A DNA stretch of 64,000 nucleotides from Escherichia coli (GCF_003334785.1 NZ_QOWV01000002.1), one strand, 5' to 3'. Positions 1 to 14,437 are shown, counted from the first letter of the stretch. Made by a program: numbers and translations. Notes: a model not told the origin generated them from the letters alone.

Positions 1-393
1 AAAAGCCTTTCGCTTTATCGCTCCGGAATAGGTAAATGCCTGCTTGCCTGGCAACCTGCAGCGGTACAGCAAAGTATTATCGAAGGGCTGGTCTGGGAGC
101 AGGCGACACCCACAACGATTACTCATCCACAGCAACTTCACGAAGAACTGGCGCGTATTCGCCGTCAGGGCTGGAGCTATGACAACGGCGAAGATTACGC
201 CGATGTCCGTTGTGTCGCTGCGCCGGTGTTTAACGCCAATAACGAGCTTACCGCTGCGATCTCGGTGGTCGGTACCCGCTTACAAATCAATGAAGAATAC
301 CGTGATTATCTGGCGGGCAAGGCCATTGCCTGCGCCAGGGATATTTCACGTCTGTTGGGATGGAAAAGTCCCTTTGACTTACAAGCCTCATAA
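1..393 (+). CDS. rhmR: IclR-family transcriptional regulator, 3' partial (L-rhamnonate operon regulator)
   Basis: Frame 1 is open from position 1 to TAA at 391-393; the translation (…[44 protein letters not shown]…) resembles an IclR effector-binding C-terminal domain; sits directly upstream of rhmD. Not in the ORF track because the start lies outside the window. Confidence 0.8.
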
Positions 394-407
394 CAATGGA
401 GAACATC

Positions 408-1613
408 ATGACCCTACCAAAAATTAAACAGGTTCGCGCCTGGTTTACTGGCGGTGCGACAGCAGAAAAAGGCGCTGGCGGCGGTGATTATCACGACCAG
501 GGGGCGAATCACTGGATAGACGATCATATTGCCACCCCGATGAGTAAATACCGCGATTACGAGCAGTCACGCCAGTCATTTGGCATTAACGTTCTTGGCA
601 CGTTGGTTGTTGAAGTCGAAGCAGAAAACGGCCAGACCGGATTCGCCGTTTCGACAGCCGGTGAAATGGGCTGTTTTATTGTCGAAAAACATCTTAACCG
701 TTTCATTGAGGGTAAATGTGTCAGTGATATCAAACTGATCCACGATCAAATGCTCAGTGCCACCCTGTATTACTCCGGCTCTGGTGGCCTGGTGATGAAT
801 ACGATTTCTTGTGTCGATCTGGCTCTGTGGGATCTGTTCGGCAAAGTGGTCGGGCTTCCGGTTTATAAACTTTTAGGCGGCGCTGTTCGTGATGAGATTC
901 AGTTCTACGCCACAGGTGCGCGTCCGGATCTGGCAAAAGAGATGGGCTTTATCGGTGGCAAAATGCCGACGCACTGGGGGCCACATGATGGCGATGCGGG
1001 GATCCGCAAAGATGCCGCTATGGTCGCGGATATGCGTGAAAAATGCGGTGAGGATTTCTGGTTAATGCTCGACTGCTGGATGAGTCAGGACGTGAACTAT
1101 GCGACCAAACTGGCCCACGCTTGCGCGCCCTATAACCTGAAATGGATCGAAGAGTGCCTGCCGCCACAGCAGTATGAAAGTTATCGCGAACTGAAACGCA
1201 ACGCGCCAGTCGGAATGATGGTCACCAGCGGTGAGCACCACGGCACACTGCAATCTTTTCGTACGCTTTCAGAAACCGGTATCGACATTATGCAGCCGGA
1301 TGTTGGCTGGTGCGGTGGTTTAACCACGCTGGTGGAAATTGCCGCAATCGCCAAATCCAGGGGGCAACTGGTGGTGCCGCACGGTTCGTCTGTTTACTCT
1401 CACCATGCGGTGATCACCTTCACCAATACGCCATTCAGCGAATTCCTGATGACCAGCCCGGATTGTTCAACGATGCGTCCGCAGTTTGACCCGATTCTGC
1501 TCAATGAGCCGGTTCCGGTGAATGGTCGTATTCATAAATCAGTGCTTGATAAACCCGGTTTTGGCGTCGAACTCAATCGTGACTGCAATTTGAAACGCCC
1601 CTACAGCCACTAA
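408..1613 (+). CDS. rhmD: L-rhamnonate dehydratase (enolase superfamily)
   Basis: ORF 396..1613; preferred ATG at 408 (MTLPKIK…) has GGAG 6 nt upstream; ATG at 396 is an alternative. Protein recognised as RhmD/YfaW. Confidence 0.92.
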
Positions 1614-1669
1614 TCACTCCGGGCGTTGCTGTGACAACGGTAACGCCCACATATTCTAAGGAGCTTTTT

Positions 1670-2958
1670 ATGAGCACCGCTTTGCTTGACGCCGTGGTGA
1701 AGAAAAACCGTGTGCGTTTAATTCCGTTTATGTTGGCGCTGTATGTGCTGGCGTTTCTCGACCGTTCGAATATCGGTTTTGCCAAACAGACCTACCAGAT
1801 TGATACCGGGTTGAGTAATGAAGCTTATGCGCTGGGAGCAGGCATTTTCTTTGTGGTATATGCGTTTCTGGGTGTTCCGGCGAATCTTTTGATGCGCAAA
1901 CTGGGGGCCAGAACCTGGATTGGTACGACAACACTGCTGTGGGGATTTCTTTCGGCAGCCATGGCATGGGCCGATACTGAAGCGAAATTTCTGATAGTTC
2001 GCACTCTGCTTGGTGCTGCGGAGGCCGGATTTTTCCCTGGTATGATTTATCTCACCTCGCAATGGTTTCCGCAGCGTAATCGCGCCAGCATTATGGGGCT
2101 GTTCTATATGGGCGCACCGCTGGCGTTAACACTGGGATCACCGCTTTCCGGCGCGCTGTTGGAGATGCATGGATTTATGGGGCATCCCGGCTGGTTCTGG
2201 ATGTTTGTGATTGAAGGATTGTTGGCAGTCGGTGCTGGGGTATTCACATTCTTTTGGCTTGATGACACACCGGAGCAGGCACGTTTTCTGAGTAAACAAG
2301 AAAAAACGTTGCTTATCAATCAACTGGCAAGTGAAGAACAACAGAAAGTGACTTCTCGGCTGAGCGATGCGCTGCGTAATGGCCGAGTCTGGCAACTAGC
2401 GATTATCTACCTGACCATTCAGGTGGCGGTTTACGGATTAATTTTCTTCTGCCGACCCAGGTTGCGGCATTGCTGGGAACAAAAGTGGGCTTTACAGCGT
2501 CGGTGGTCACCGCCATTCCGTGGGTTGCGGCCTTGTTTGGGACCTGGCTTATTCCGCGCTATTCCGATAAAACCGGCGAACGGCGTAATGTCGCAGCGCT
2601 GACATTACTGGCGGCGGGCATTGGTATTGGTCTGTCCGGGCTGCTTTCTCCAGTAATGGCGATCGTAGCGCTGTGTGTTGCAGCTATCGGGTTTATTGCC
2701 GTGCAGCCAGTGTTCTGGACGATGCCGACACAACTGCTTTCCGGTACGGCGCTGGCTGCGGGAATTGGTTTTGTAAACCTGTTTGGTGCAGTGGGCGGGT
2801 TTATTGCCCCGATCCTGCGCGTGAAAGCAGAAACGTTATTTGCCAGCGATGCGGCGGGATTACTGACGCTGGCAGCGGTGGCGGTCATCGGTTCGCTGAT
2901 TATTTTCACTCTGCGTGTAAATCGCACTGTTGCGCAGACCGACGTGGCACATCATTAA
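1670..2958 (+). pseudogene. rhmT: L-rhamnonate MFS transporter, reading frame broken by a 1-bp deletion near 2447-2451
   Basis: ATG at 1670 with AAGGAG at 1657-1662. Frame 2 ORF (1631..2602) and frame 1 ORF (2470..2958) together make one MFS transporter; the join is at ttcttc|tgccg where one base is missing, so frame 2 runs into …FFCRPRLRHCWEQKW… while frame 1 continues the real protein (LPTQVAALLGTKVGF…). Confidence 0.8.
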
Positions 2959-2975
2959 ATAGGTTAAGGAACACG

Positions 2976-3779
2976 ATGAACGCATTATTAAGCAATCCCT
3001 TTAAAGAACGTTTACGCAAGGGCGAAGTGCAAATTGGTCTGTGGTTAAGCTCAACGACTGCCTATATGGCAGAAATTGCCGCCACTTCTGGTTATGACTG
3101 GTTGCTGATTGACGGGGAGCACGCGCCAAACACCATTCAGGATCTTTATCATCAGCTACAGGCGGTAGCGCCCTATGCCAGCCAACCCGTGATCCGTCCG
3201 GTGGAAGGCAGTAAACCGCTGATTAAACAAGTCCTGGATATTGGCGCGCAAACTCTACTGATCCCGATGGTCGATACTGCCGAACAGGCACGTCAGGTGG
3301 TGTCTGCCACGCGCTATCCTCCCTACGGTGAGCGTGGTGTCGGGGCCAGTGTGGCACGGGCTGCGCGCTGGGGACGCATTGAGAATTACATGGCGCAAGT
3401 TAACGATTCGCTTTGTCTGTTGGTGCAGGTGGAAAGTAAAACGGCACTGGATAACCTGGACGAAATCCTCGACGTCGAAGGGATTGATGGCGTGTTTATT
3501 GGACCTGCGGATCTTTCTGCGTCGTTGGGCTACCCGGATAACGCCGGGCACCCGGAAGTGCAGCGAATTATTGAAACCAGTATTCGGCGGATCCGTGCTG
3601 CGGGTAAAGCGGCTGGTTTTCTGGCTGTGGCTCCTGATATGGCGCAGCAATGCCTGGCGTGGGGAGCGAACTTTGTCGCTGTTGGCGTTGACACGATGCT
3701 CTACAGCGATGCCCTGGATCAACGACTGGCGATGTTTAAATCAGGCAAAAATGGGCCACGCATAAAAGGTAGTTATTGA
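2976..3779 (+). CDS. rhmA: 2-keto-3-deoxy-L-rhamnonate aldolase (HpcH/HpaI family)
   Basis: ATG at 2976 ([24 protein letters not shown]…) preceded by AAGGAA; the ORF-track entry 2673..3779 is an upstream extension overlapping rhmT. 267 aa. Confidence 0.92.
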
Positions 3780-3787
3780 TATCAAAG

Positions 3788-3812
3788 GCCCATGGGGATC
3801 GGCTGTGGGCCT
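3788..3812. terminator. Putative bidirectional hairpin between convergent rhmA and ypaA
   Basis: Inverted repeat GGCCCA(3788-3793)…TGGGCC(3807-3812) immediately after the rhmA stop. Confidence 0.4.
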
Positions 3813-3819
3813 GTGTTAA

Positions 3820-4005
3820 TTAGTGGTTATTCGCTGCCAGATCGGCTTCGCTTAGCTGGGTGGCCGCGAGCACCTGGTCACGATCAAAGCCCTGTTCCAG
3901 CATGCGCAAAGCAATTTTAATGGCTTGTTCATGCAAACCTTCTAATTTACCTTCCTGCCAGCCAATTTGATGTCCTTCCTGCCGCAGCCGTTCAGCAATA
4001 GTCAT
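3820..4005 (-). CDS. ypaA: Small ORF (61 aa) that is a tandem duplicate of the C-terminal tail of RpnB/YfaD
   Basis: 61-aa product [61 protein letters not shown] is close to identical to the last 56 aa of the adjacent yfaD product apart from a 5-aa insertion (KLEGL); own SD (AAGGAG, complement of 4012-4017) 6 nt upstream of the ATG. Confidence 0.6.
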   Translation of the reverse strand: MTIAERLRQEGHQIGWQEGKLEGLHEQAIKIALRMLEQGFDRDQVLAATQLSEADLAANNH

Positions 4006-4200
4006 TAATCTCTCCTTTTAATGACAGTTCGGAATATCAGCATCAGTGAGTTGGGTTGTCGCCAGCACAATCTCACGTTCAAAGCCCTGCTCCAGCATGC
4101 GCAAAGCAATTTTAATGGCTTGTTCATGCATACCTTCCTGCCAGCCAATTTGATGCCCTTCCTGCCGTAGCCGTTCAGCAATAGTCATTAATCTCTCCTT
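3826..4200. repeat. Tandem direct duplication (two units of about 185 bp) covering the 3' end of yfaD and all of ypaA
   Basis: 3841-4017 aligns with 4040-4200 at high identity, with a 15-bp indel (aaaccttctaattta present only in the ypaA copy); both copies end with cattaatctctcctttt. Confidence 0.8.
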
Positions 4201-4917
4201 TTGTAGTGGTGAACGTTCGGCAATCTCCTCAATAAAACGGGTGAAACGGGAGGTATCGCCGCATTGCAGCAGATAATTAAACAGTGTTTGTAGCTGGCTG
4301 TCATTAGTGAAGCCTCTAACCAAAAGCGTGGTGATCCTGTCGACCATGCCGATTAAATCGCGGTCGCGAATATGCTTTTGAATCAGTTCCAGCAGAGCTA
4401 TACGCCGATGTTGCATGATCTCATCGTCAGGTACGATGGTGATATCCACCAACGGAAAAGCTTCGGTGTACAACTGCCGGGCAAGTTGCGGATCGTCAAA
4501 CTCATCCAGCCAGTTGAGTGAGTACGGGTAAGGCGAGGTTTCGCCATGATAAAACAGCAACGGCACCACCAGCGGGACTCTGTCATAGCCTTTGTCCAGG
4601 TGACGCTGCATGGCGGCAGTGGCATAGCGCATTAGCCGAAAAGCCATATTCTTTTCTGCAGAGCTTTGATGTTCAATCACGCAGTAGATATAGCCGTCAC
4701 CGTCGCTGGTTTCCACGGACCACAAAACATCCGAGTAGTAAGCGCGTAAACTTTTTTCAATAAAACTAGTGGGTTCCAGGCGTAAGGTTTGCAGGTTGCA
4801 AAGCTTGCGCAGTGGTTCTGGTAAATGTATTTCGAGAAAATCCCGTGCGGTTTCGGGTGTGAACATAAAGGTTTTAAATACCGCATCATGCGGGGAGGAG
4901 GTTGTTGATTCGGTCAT
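4018..4917 (-). CDS. rpnB: YhgA-like (Rpn family) PD-(D/E)XK recombination-promoting nuclease / transposase_31-like protein
   Basis: 299-aa ORF recognised as YfaD/RpnB ([39 protein letters not shown]…). Confidence 0.85.
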   Translation of the reverse strand: MTESTTSSPHDAVFKTFMFTPETARDFLEIHLPEPLRKLCNLQTLRLEPTSFIEKSLRAYYSDVLWSVETSDGDGYIYCVIEHQSSAEKNMAFRLMRYATAAMQRHLDKGYDRVPLVVPLLFYHGETSPYPYSLNWLDEFDDPQLARQLYTEAFPLVDITIVPDDEIMQHRRIALLELIQKHIRDRDLIGMVDRITTLLVRGFTNDSQLQTLFNYLLQCGDTSRFTRFIEEIAERSPLQKERLMTIAERLRQEGHQIGWQEGMHEQAIKIALRMLEQGFEREIVLATTQLTDADIPNCH

Positions 4918-5063
4918 GGTTGTCCGTCACCTGATATTTATGATGACGCGACATTACGGTTATCCCAGGCCTTTGACATCTGCCAGTTTCAGCCTTTGCG
5001 AGACGTTTTCAGAGGAATTTTCACTGCGTTGCAACGCATACATTGGGCACGGAATCGTGTACG

Positions 5064-5098
5064 CAAAAATGCCCGGTAACCACATGCTTACCGGGCAT
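5064..5098 (-). terminator. Rho-independent terminator after glpC
   Basis: On the minus strand: hairpin gcccggtaa…ttaccgggc (5069-5095) followed by a T-run (complement of aaaaa at 5064-5068), just downstream of the glpC stop at 5110. Confidence 0.5.
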
Positions 5099-5109
5099 CA
5101 GAAAGGAGT

Positions 5110-9174
<4,065 letters not shown>

Positions 9175-9446
9175 TGTTATCCCTCTGAAGTTCGTTTTTT
9201 ACCATTTAGCCATAGTAAAAACATGAATTGTTTGATTTCGCGCATATTCGCTCATAATTCGAAAGTGAAACGTGATTTCATGCGTCATTTTGAACATTTT
9301 GTAAATCTTATTTAATAATGTGTGCGGCAATTCACATTTAATTTATGAATGTTTTCTTAACATCGCGGCAACTCAAGAAACGGCAGGTTCTCTCACTGAA
9401 TCAGGCTGTTAATCATAAATAAGACCACGGGCCACGGAGGCTATCA
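9175..9446. promoter_or_regulatory. Divergent glpACB / glpTQ control region with CRP-type sites
   Basis: AT-rich 272-bp spacer between divergent glpA and glpT; tgtgcggcaattcaca (9321-9336) fits TGTGA-N6-TCACA; a second weaker site gtgatttcatgcgtca at 9272-9287. GlpR operators are expected here from established knowledge but I could not place them with confidence. Confidence 0.55.
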
Positions 9447-10805
9447 ATGTTGAGTATTTTTAAACCAGCGCCACACAAAGCGCGCTTACCTGCCGCGGAG
9501 ATCGATCCGACTTATCGTCGATTGCGCTGGCAAATTTTCCTGGGGATATTCTTTGGCTATGCGGCTTACTATTTGGTTCGTAAGAACTTTGCGCTTGCTA
9601 TGCCTTATCTGGTTGAGCAGGGATTCTCACGCGGTGATTTAGGTTTTGCCCTTTCGGGGATCTCGATTGCTTATGGATTTTCGAAATTCATCATGGGTTC
9701 GGTATCGGATCGCTCGAATCCGCGCGTTTTCCTGCCCGCAGGTTTGATTCTGGCGGCGGCAGTGATGTTGTTTATGGGCTTTGTGCCATGGGCGACGTCG
9801 AGCATTGCGGTGATGTTTGTACTGTTGTTCCTCTGCGGTTGGTTCCAGGGGATGGGGTGGCCGCCGTGTGGTCGTACTATGGTGCACTGGTGGTCGCAGA
9901 AAGAACGTGGCGGCATTGTGTCAGTGTGGAACTGTGCGCACAACGTCGGTGGTGGTATTCCGCCGCTGCTGTTCCTGCTGGGGATGGCCTGGTTCAATGA
10001 CTGGCATGCGGCGCTCTATATGCCTGCTTTCTGCGCCATTCTGGTGGCATTATTCGCCTTTGCGATGATGCGCGATACCCCGCAATCCTGTGGCTTGCCG
10101 CCGATCGAAGAGTACAAAAATGATTATCCGGACGACTATAACGAAAAAGCGGAACAGGAGCTGACGGCGAAGCAAATCTTCATGCAGTACGTACTGCCGA
10201 ACAAACTGCTGTGGTATATCGCCATCGCCAACGTGTTCGTTTATCTGCTGCGTTACGGCATCCTCGACTGGTCACCGACTTATCTGAAAGAGGTTAAGCA
10301 TTTCGCGCTAGATAAATCCTCCTGGGCCTACTTCCTTTATGAATATGCAGGTATTCCGGGCACTCTGCTGTGCGGCTGGATGTCGGATAAAGTCTTCCGT
10401 GGCAACCGTGGGGCAACCGGCGTTTTCTTTATGACACTGGTGACCATCGCGACTATCGTTTACTGGATGAACCCGGCAGGTAACCCAACCGTCGATATGA
10501 TTTGTATGATTGTTATCGGCTTCCTGATCTACGGTCCTGTGATGCTGATCGGTCTGCATGCGCTGGAACTGGCACCGAAAAAAGCGGCAGGTACGGCAGC
10601 GGGCTTTACCGGGCTGTTTGGTTACCTGGGCGGTTCGGTGGCGGCGAGCGCGATTGTTGGCTACACCGTGGACTTCTTCGGCTGGGATGGCGGCTTTATG
10701 GTAATGATTGGCGGCAGCATTCTGGCGGTTATCTTGTTGATTGTTGTGATGATTGGCGAAAAACGTCGCCATGAACAATTACTGCAAGAACGCAACGGAG
10801 GCTAA
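9447..10805 (+). CDS. glpT: Glycerol-3-phosphate:phosphate antiporter (MFS)
   Basis: 452-aa ORF recognised as GlpT. Confidence 0.95.
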
Positions 10806-10809
10806 TGGC

Positions 10810-11886
10810 ATGAAATTGACGCTGAAAAACCTTAGCATGGCGATCATGATGAGCACTATAGTCATGGGAAGCAGTGCAATGGCGGCGGACAGCAACGAAA
10901 AAATAGTCATCGCCCATCGCGGTGCCAGTGGATATTTGCCGGAGCATACGCTGCCAGCAAAAGCGATGGCGTATGCGCAGGGAGCGGATTATCTGGAACA
11001 GGATTTGGTGATGACCAAAGACGACAATCTGGTTGTTCTGCATGACCATTACCTCGATCGTGTTACTGATGTTGCCGATCGTTTCCCGGATCGGGCGCGC
11101 AAAGACGGTCGTTACTACGCGATAGATTTCACGCTGGATGAAATTAAGTCGTTGAAATTTACCGAAGGTTTCGATATTGAAAACGGTAAAAAAGTGCAGA
11201 CTTATCCGGGGCGTTTCCCAATGGGTAAGTCCGACTTCCGGGTGCACACCTTTGAAGAAGAGATTGAATTTGTTCAGGGGTTAAATCACTCTACCGGGAA
11301 AAATATCGGTATTTATCCAGAAATCAAAGCGCCGTGGTTCCATCATCAGGAAGGGAAGGATATTGCGGCAAAAACGCTGGAAGTGCTGAAGAAATATGGT
11401 TACACCGGTAAAGACGATAAAGTTTATTTGCAATGTTTTGATGCTGATGAGCTGAAGCGTATTAAGAATGAGCTGGAACCCAAAATGGGCATGGAGCTCA
11501 ATCTGGTACAGCTGATTGCCTATACCGACTGGAATGAAACGCAGCAGAAACAGCCGGATGGAAGCTGGGTTAATTACAACTACGACTGGATGTTTAAGCC
11601 GGGTGCCATGAAACAGGTGGCGGAATATGCAGATGGTATTGGTCCGGATTACCATATGTTGATTGAGGAGACATCGCAGCCGGGTAATATCAAACTCACT
11701 GGCATGGTGCAAGATGCTCAGCAGAATAAACTGGTAGTGCATCCTTATACCGTGCGGTCAGATAAACTGCCTGAATACACTCCTGATGTGAATCAGTTAT
11801 ATGATGCTCTGTATAACAAAGCGGGTGTAAATGGGCTGTTTACTGATTTCCCTGATAAGGCAGTAAAATTTCTTAATAAAGAGTAA
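10810..11886 (+). CDS. glpQ: Periplasmic glycerophosphodiester phosphodiesterase
   Basis: ORF 10753..11886; start set at the ATG at 10810 (MKLTLKNLSMAIMMSTIVMGSSAMA… signal peptide), 4 nt after the glpT stop; 358 aa. Confidence 0.94.
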   Translation: MKLTLKNLSMAIMMSTIVMGSSAMAADSNEKIVIAHRGASGYLPEHTLPAKAMAYAQGADYLEQDLVMTKDDNLVVLHDHYLDRVTDVADRFPDRARKDGRYYAIDFTLDEIKSLKFTEGFDIENGKKVQTYPGRFPMGKSDFRVHTFEEEIEFVQGLNHSTGKNIGIYPEIKAPWFHHQEGKDIAAKTLEVLKKYGYTGKDDKVYLQCFDADELKRIKNELEPKMGMELNLVQLIAYTDWNETQQKQPDGSWVNYNYDWMFKPGAMKQVAEYADGIGPDYHMLIEETSQPGNIKLTGMVQDAQQNKLVVHPYTVRSDKLPEYTPDVNQLYDALYNKAGVNGLFTDFPDKAVKFLNKE

Positions 11887-11893
11887 TGTTACT

Positions 11894-11920
11894 GCAGGAT
11901 GGCGTTCATGCGCCATCCTG
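11894..11920 (+). terminator. Putative terminator hairpin after glpQ
   Basis: gcaggatggcg…cgccatcctg inverted repeat immediately after the glpQ stop; the T-tract is weak and displaced. Confidence 0.35.
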
Positions 11921-11927
11921 TCTCATA

Positions 11928-12179
11928 TCAAATTTTTCCAATCGCCACTAATTGTTCCATGCACATTTGTAGTAAAAACAGTGGACTGCCTTCTACCGGC
12001 TTTTCTTTAGCCAGCAACGAAATCTGTCGATAGAAAGTTGGTTCGAGAGGAACGGAACACAATTCACCTGCAATGCTTTTCAGCGTTAACTCTGGTTGTA
12101 AGGCGATGCCTAATCCCTGTCGAATAAAATTTATCGCTGTATCCGCCTGATTAAATTCACATTTTATCTGCTGGGCGCA
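11928..12179 (-). pseudogene. yfaH: Remnant of a LysR-family regulator (C-terminal substrate-binding domain fragment, no start codon)
   Basis: The minus-strand frame is open for 84 codons with no ATG and bounded by stops; it translates to …QQIKCEFNQADTAINFIRQGLGIALQPELTLKSIAGELCSVPLEPTFYRQISLLAKEKPVEGSPLFLLQMCMEQLVAIGKI*, which resembles a LysR effector-domain tail. Confidence 0.5.
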
Positions 12180-12348
12180 CTATTAGTGGTAGTGGCTGGT
12201 GGAATCTATGCGCTGCAAATGAAGGGTAAAAGCGGTGTCAAGCTAGTAGTGGCAAAAGAAATTCATTAATACGACACGTTTCATTAAGATTTTCCTCAGG
12301 TAACCACCTATAGTCATTGTCGTTAATAAAAATGACAGGCGATAGGGT

Positions 12349-12999
12349 ATGGCAGTTTCAGCAAAGTACGACGAATTTAATCACTGGTGGGCAACAGAGG
12401 GCGACTGGGTTGAAGAGCCTAACTATCGCCGTAATGGTATGAGCGGGGTGCAATGCGTCGAGCGCAACGGCAAAAAGCTGTATGTAAAGCGCATGACGCA
12501 TCATCTGTTTCATTCCGTACGTTATCCGTTCGGCCGACCAACGATTGTCCGTGAGGTTGCGGTAATTAAAGAACTGGAACGGGCCGGTGTCATCGTGCCG
12601 AAGATCGTTTTTGGTGAAGCGGTGAAAATTGAGGGTGAATGGCGAGCGTTGCTGGTGACTGAAGATATGGCGGGGTTCATCAGCATTGCTGACTGGTATG
12701 CCCAGCATGCAGTATCGCCTTATTCTGACGAAGTACGGCAAGCCATGTTGAAAGCAGTGGCGCTGGCGTTTAAGAAAATGCATAGCATTAATCGTCAGCA
12801 TGGCTGTTGTTATGTTCGCCATATCTATGTGAAAACAGAAGGTAATGCAGAAGCTGGTTTTCTTGACCTGGAGAAAAGTCGTCGCCGCTTGCGTCGCGAT
12901 AAAGCGATTAATCATGACTTCCGCCAGCTGGAAAAATATCTGGAGCCAATCCCCAAAGCGGACTGGGAGCAGGTGAAAGCGTATTACTACGCCATGTAA
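12349..12999 (+). CDS. inaA: Weak-acid/pH-inducible protein, Kdo/WaaP-like lipopolysaccharide kinase family
   Basis: 216-aa ORF recognised as InaA. Confidence 0.85.
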   Translation: MAVSAKYDEFNHWWATEGDWVEEPNYRRNGMSGVQCVERNGKKLYVKRMTHHLFHSVRYPFGRPTIVREVAVIKELERAGVIVPKIVFGEAVKIEGEWRALLVTEDMAGFISIADWYAQHAVSPYSDEVRQAMLKAVALAFKKMHSINRQHGCCYVRHIYVKTEGNAEAGFLDLEKSRRRLRRDKAINHDFRQLEKYLEPIPKADWEQVKAYYYAM

Positions 13000-13052
13000 T
13001 CGTTGTAGGCCAGATAAGACGCATAAGCGTTGTATCTGGCACTACAACCAAT

Positions 13053-13307
13053 TCACATCTCGATTTCAATATCGCCTTTTGCCCGGCAACAACAGGGCAA
13101 AATTTCCCCCGGCTGAATAAAGGCTAACGGTTCGGCAATCCAGTCAACTTGACCTGCAACCAGGCGTGTGCGACAGGAGCCGCAGTAACCTTCGCGACAC
13201 TGGTACTCAACCGCCACATTGTGGGATTCCAGCGCCGCCAGAAGGGAAGGGTGTTCATCCTGGCACAGCAGTTGTGTGCCAGTGATGCGCAGGGTAACGC
13301 GGGCCAT
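13053..13307 (-). CDS. yfaE: 2Fe-2S ferredoxin associated with ribonucleotide reductase
   Basis: 84-aa ORF with Cys cluster (CREGYCGSC…C), directly downstream of nrdB. Confidence 0.85.
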   Translation of the reverse strand: MARVTLRITGTQLLCQDEHPSLLAALESHNVAVEYQCREGYCGSCRTRLVAGQVDWIAEPLAFIQPGEILPCCCRAKGDIEIEM

Positions 13308-14437
13308 CAGAGCTGGAAGTTACTCAAATCGTCGGTGTCCACTTCCGAGTCAATCTGCCCGACCAGATAAGAACTGACTTCCACTTCCTGCGGAGCAACC
13401 TGCACGTTATCAGACACCAGCCAAGTGTTGATCCACGGGATCGGGTTGGAGCGCGTCTGGAACGGCAGATCCAAACCGACTGCCTGCATACGGATATTGG
13501 TGATGTATTCAACGTACTGGCAGAGAATGTCTTTATTCAGACCAATCATCGAACCGTCGCGGAACAGATAATCCGCCCAGTCTTTCTCCTGTTGAGCTGC
13601 CTGAACAAACAGGTCATAGCACTCCTGCTTACACTCTTCGGCAATTTCCGCCATCTCAGGATCGTCCGCGCCGCTGCGCAGCAGATTCAGCATATGCTGG
13701 GTGCCGGTCAGGTGCAGGGCTTCGTCGCGGGCAATCAGGCGAATAATTTTGGCGTTGCCTTCCATCAATTCGCGTTCTGCAAATGCGAAGGAACAAGCAA
13801 AGCTGACGTAGAAACGAATCGCTTCCAGCGCGTTAACGCTCATCAGGCAGAGATACAGTTTTTTCTTCAGCTCGCGCAGGCTAACGGTCACAGTTTTACC
13901 GTTAACGGTGTGGGTACCTTCGCCCAGCAGATGCCAGTAGCTGGTCATTTCGATCAGCTCATCGTAATAGCTGGAGATCCCTTCCGCACGTTTCTGGATC
14001 TGCTCGTTGGTGACGATATCGTCAAACACAACAGACGGATCGTTAACGATATTACGAATGATATGAGTATAGGAACGGGAATGAATCGTTTCTGAGAACG
14101 CCCAGGTTTCGACCCAGGTTTCCAGTTCCGGAATAGAAATAAGCGGCAATAGCGCCACGTTCGGGCTACGACCCTGAATGGAATCCAGCAGCGTCTGATA
14201 TTTCAGGTTGCTGATAAAGATGTGTTTTTCGTGCTCCGGCAGCGCCTGGTAATCTATACGGTCGCGGGAGACGTCAACTTCTTCCGGACGCCAGAAGAAA
14301 GAGAGCTGCTTTTCGATCAGCTTTTCGAAGATGTCATATTTTTGCTGATCGTAGCGAGCCACGTTGACCGGCTGACCAAAGAACATCGGTTCTTTGAGCT
14401 GATCATTTTTCGTCTGTGAAAAGGTGGTATATGCCAT
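13307..14437 (-). CDS. nrdB: Ribonucleoside-diphosphate reductase 1, beta subunit (R2)
   Basis: ORF 13307..14668 is extended through REP sequence; true start at the ATG at 14437 ([22 protein letters not shown]…); 376 aa. Confidence 0.95.

Noticed and set aside
44-427. 127-aa ORF at the window start
   Set aside because: It is out of frame with the rhmR 3' end (frame 1, ending at 393) and has no recognisable domain; the IclR-type frame is the real one.
2673-3779. 368-aa ORF suggesting a much longer rhmA
   Set aside because: The first 101 codons overlap rhmT in another frame; the real start is the ATG at 2976 with an RBS, giving the expected aldolase length of 267 aa.
13000-13050. Possible REP element between inaA and yfaE
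   Set aside because: Only a partial match to REP (aggccagataagacgc…gttgtatctggc) without the canonical gccggatg core; too degenerate to call.
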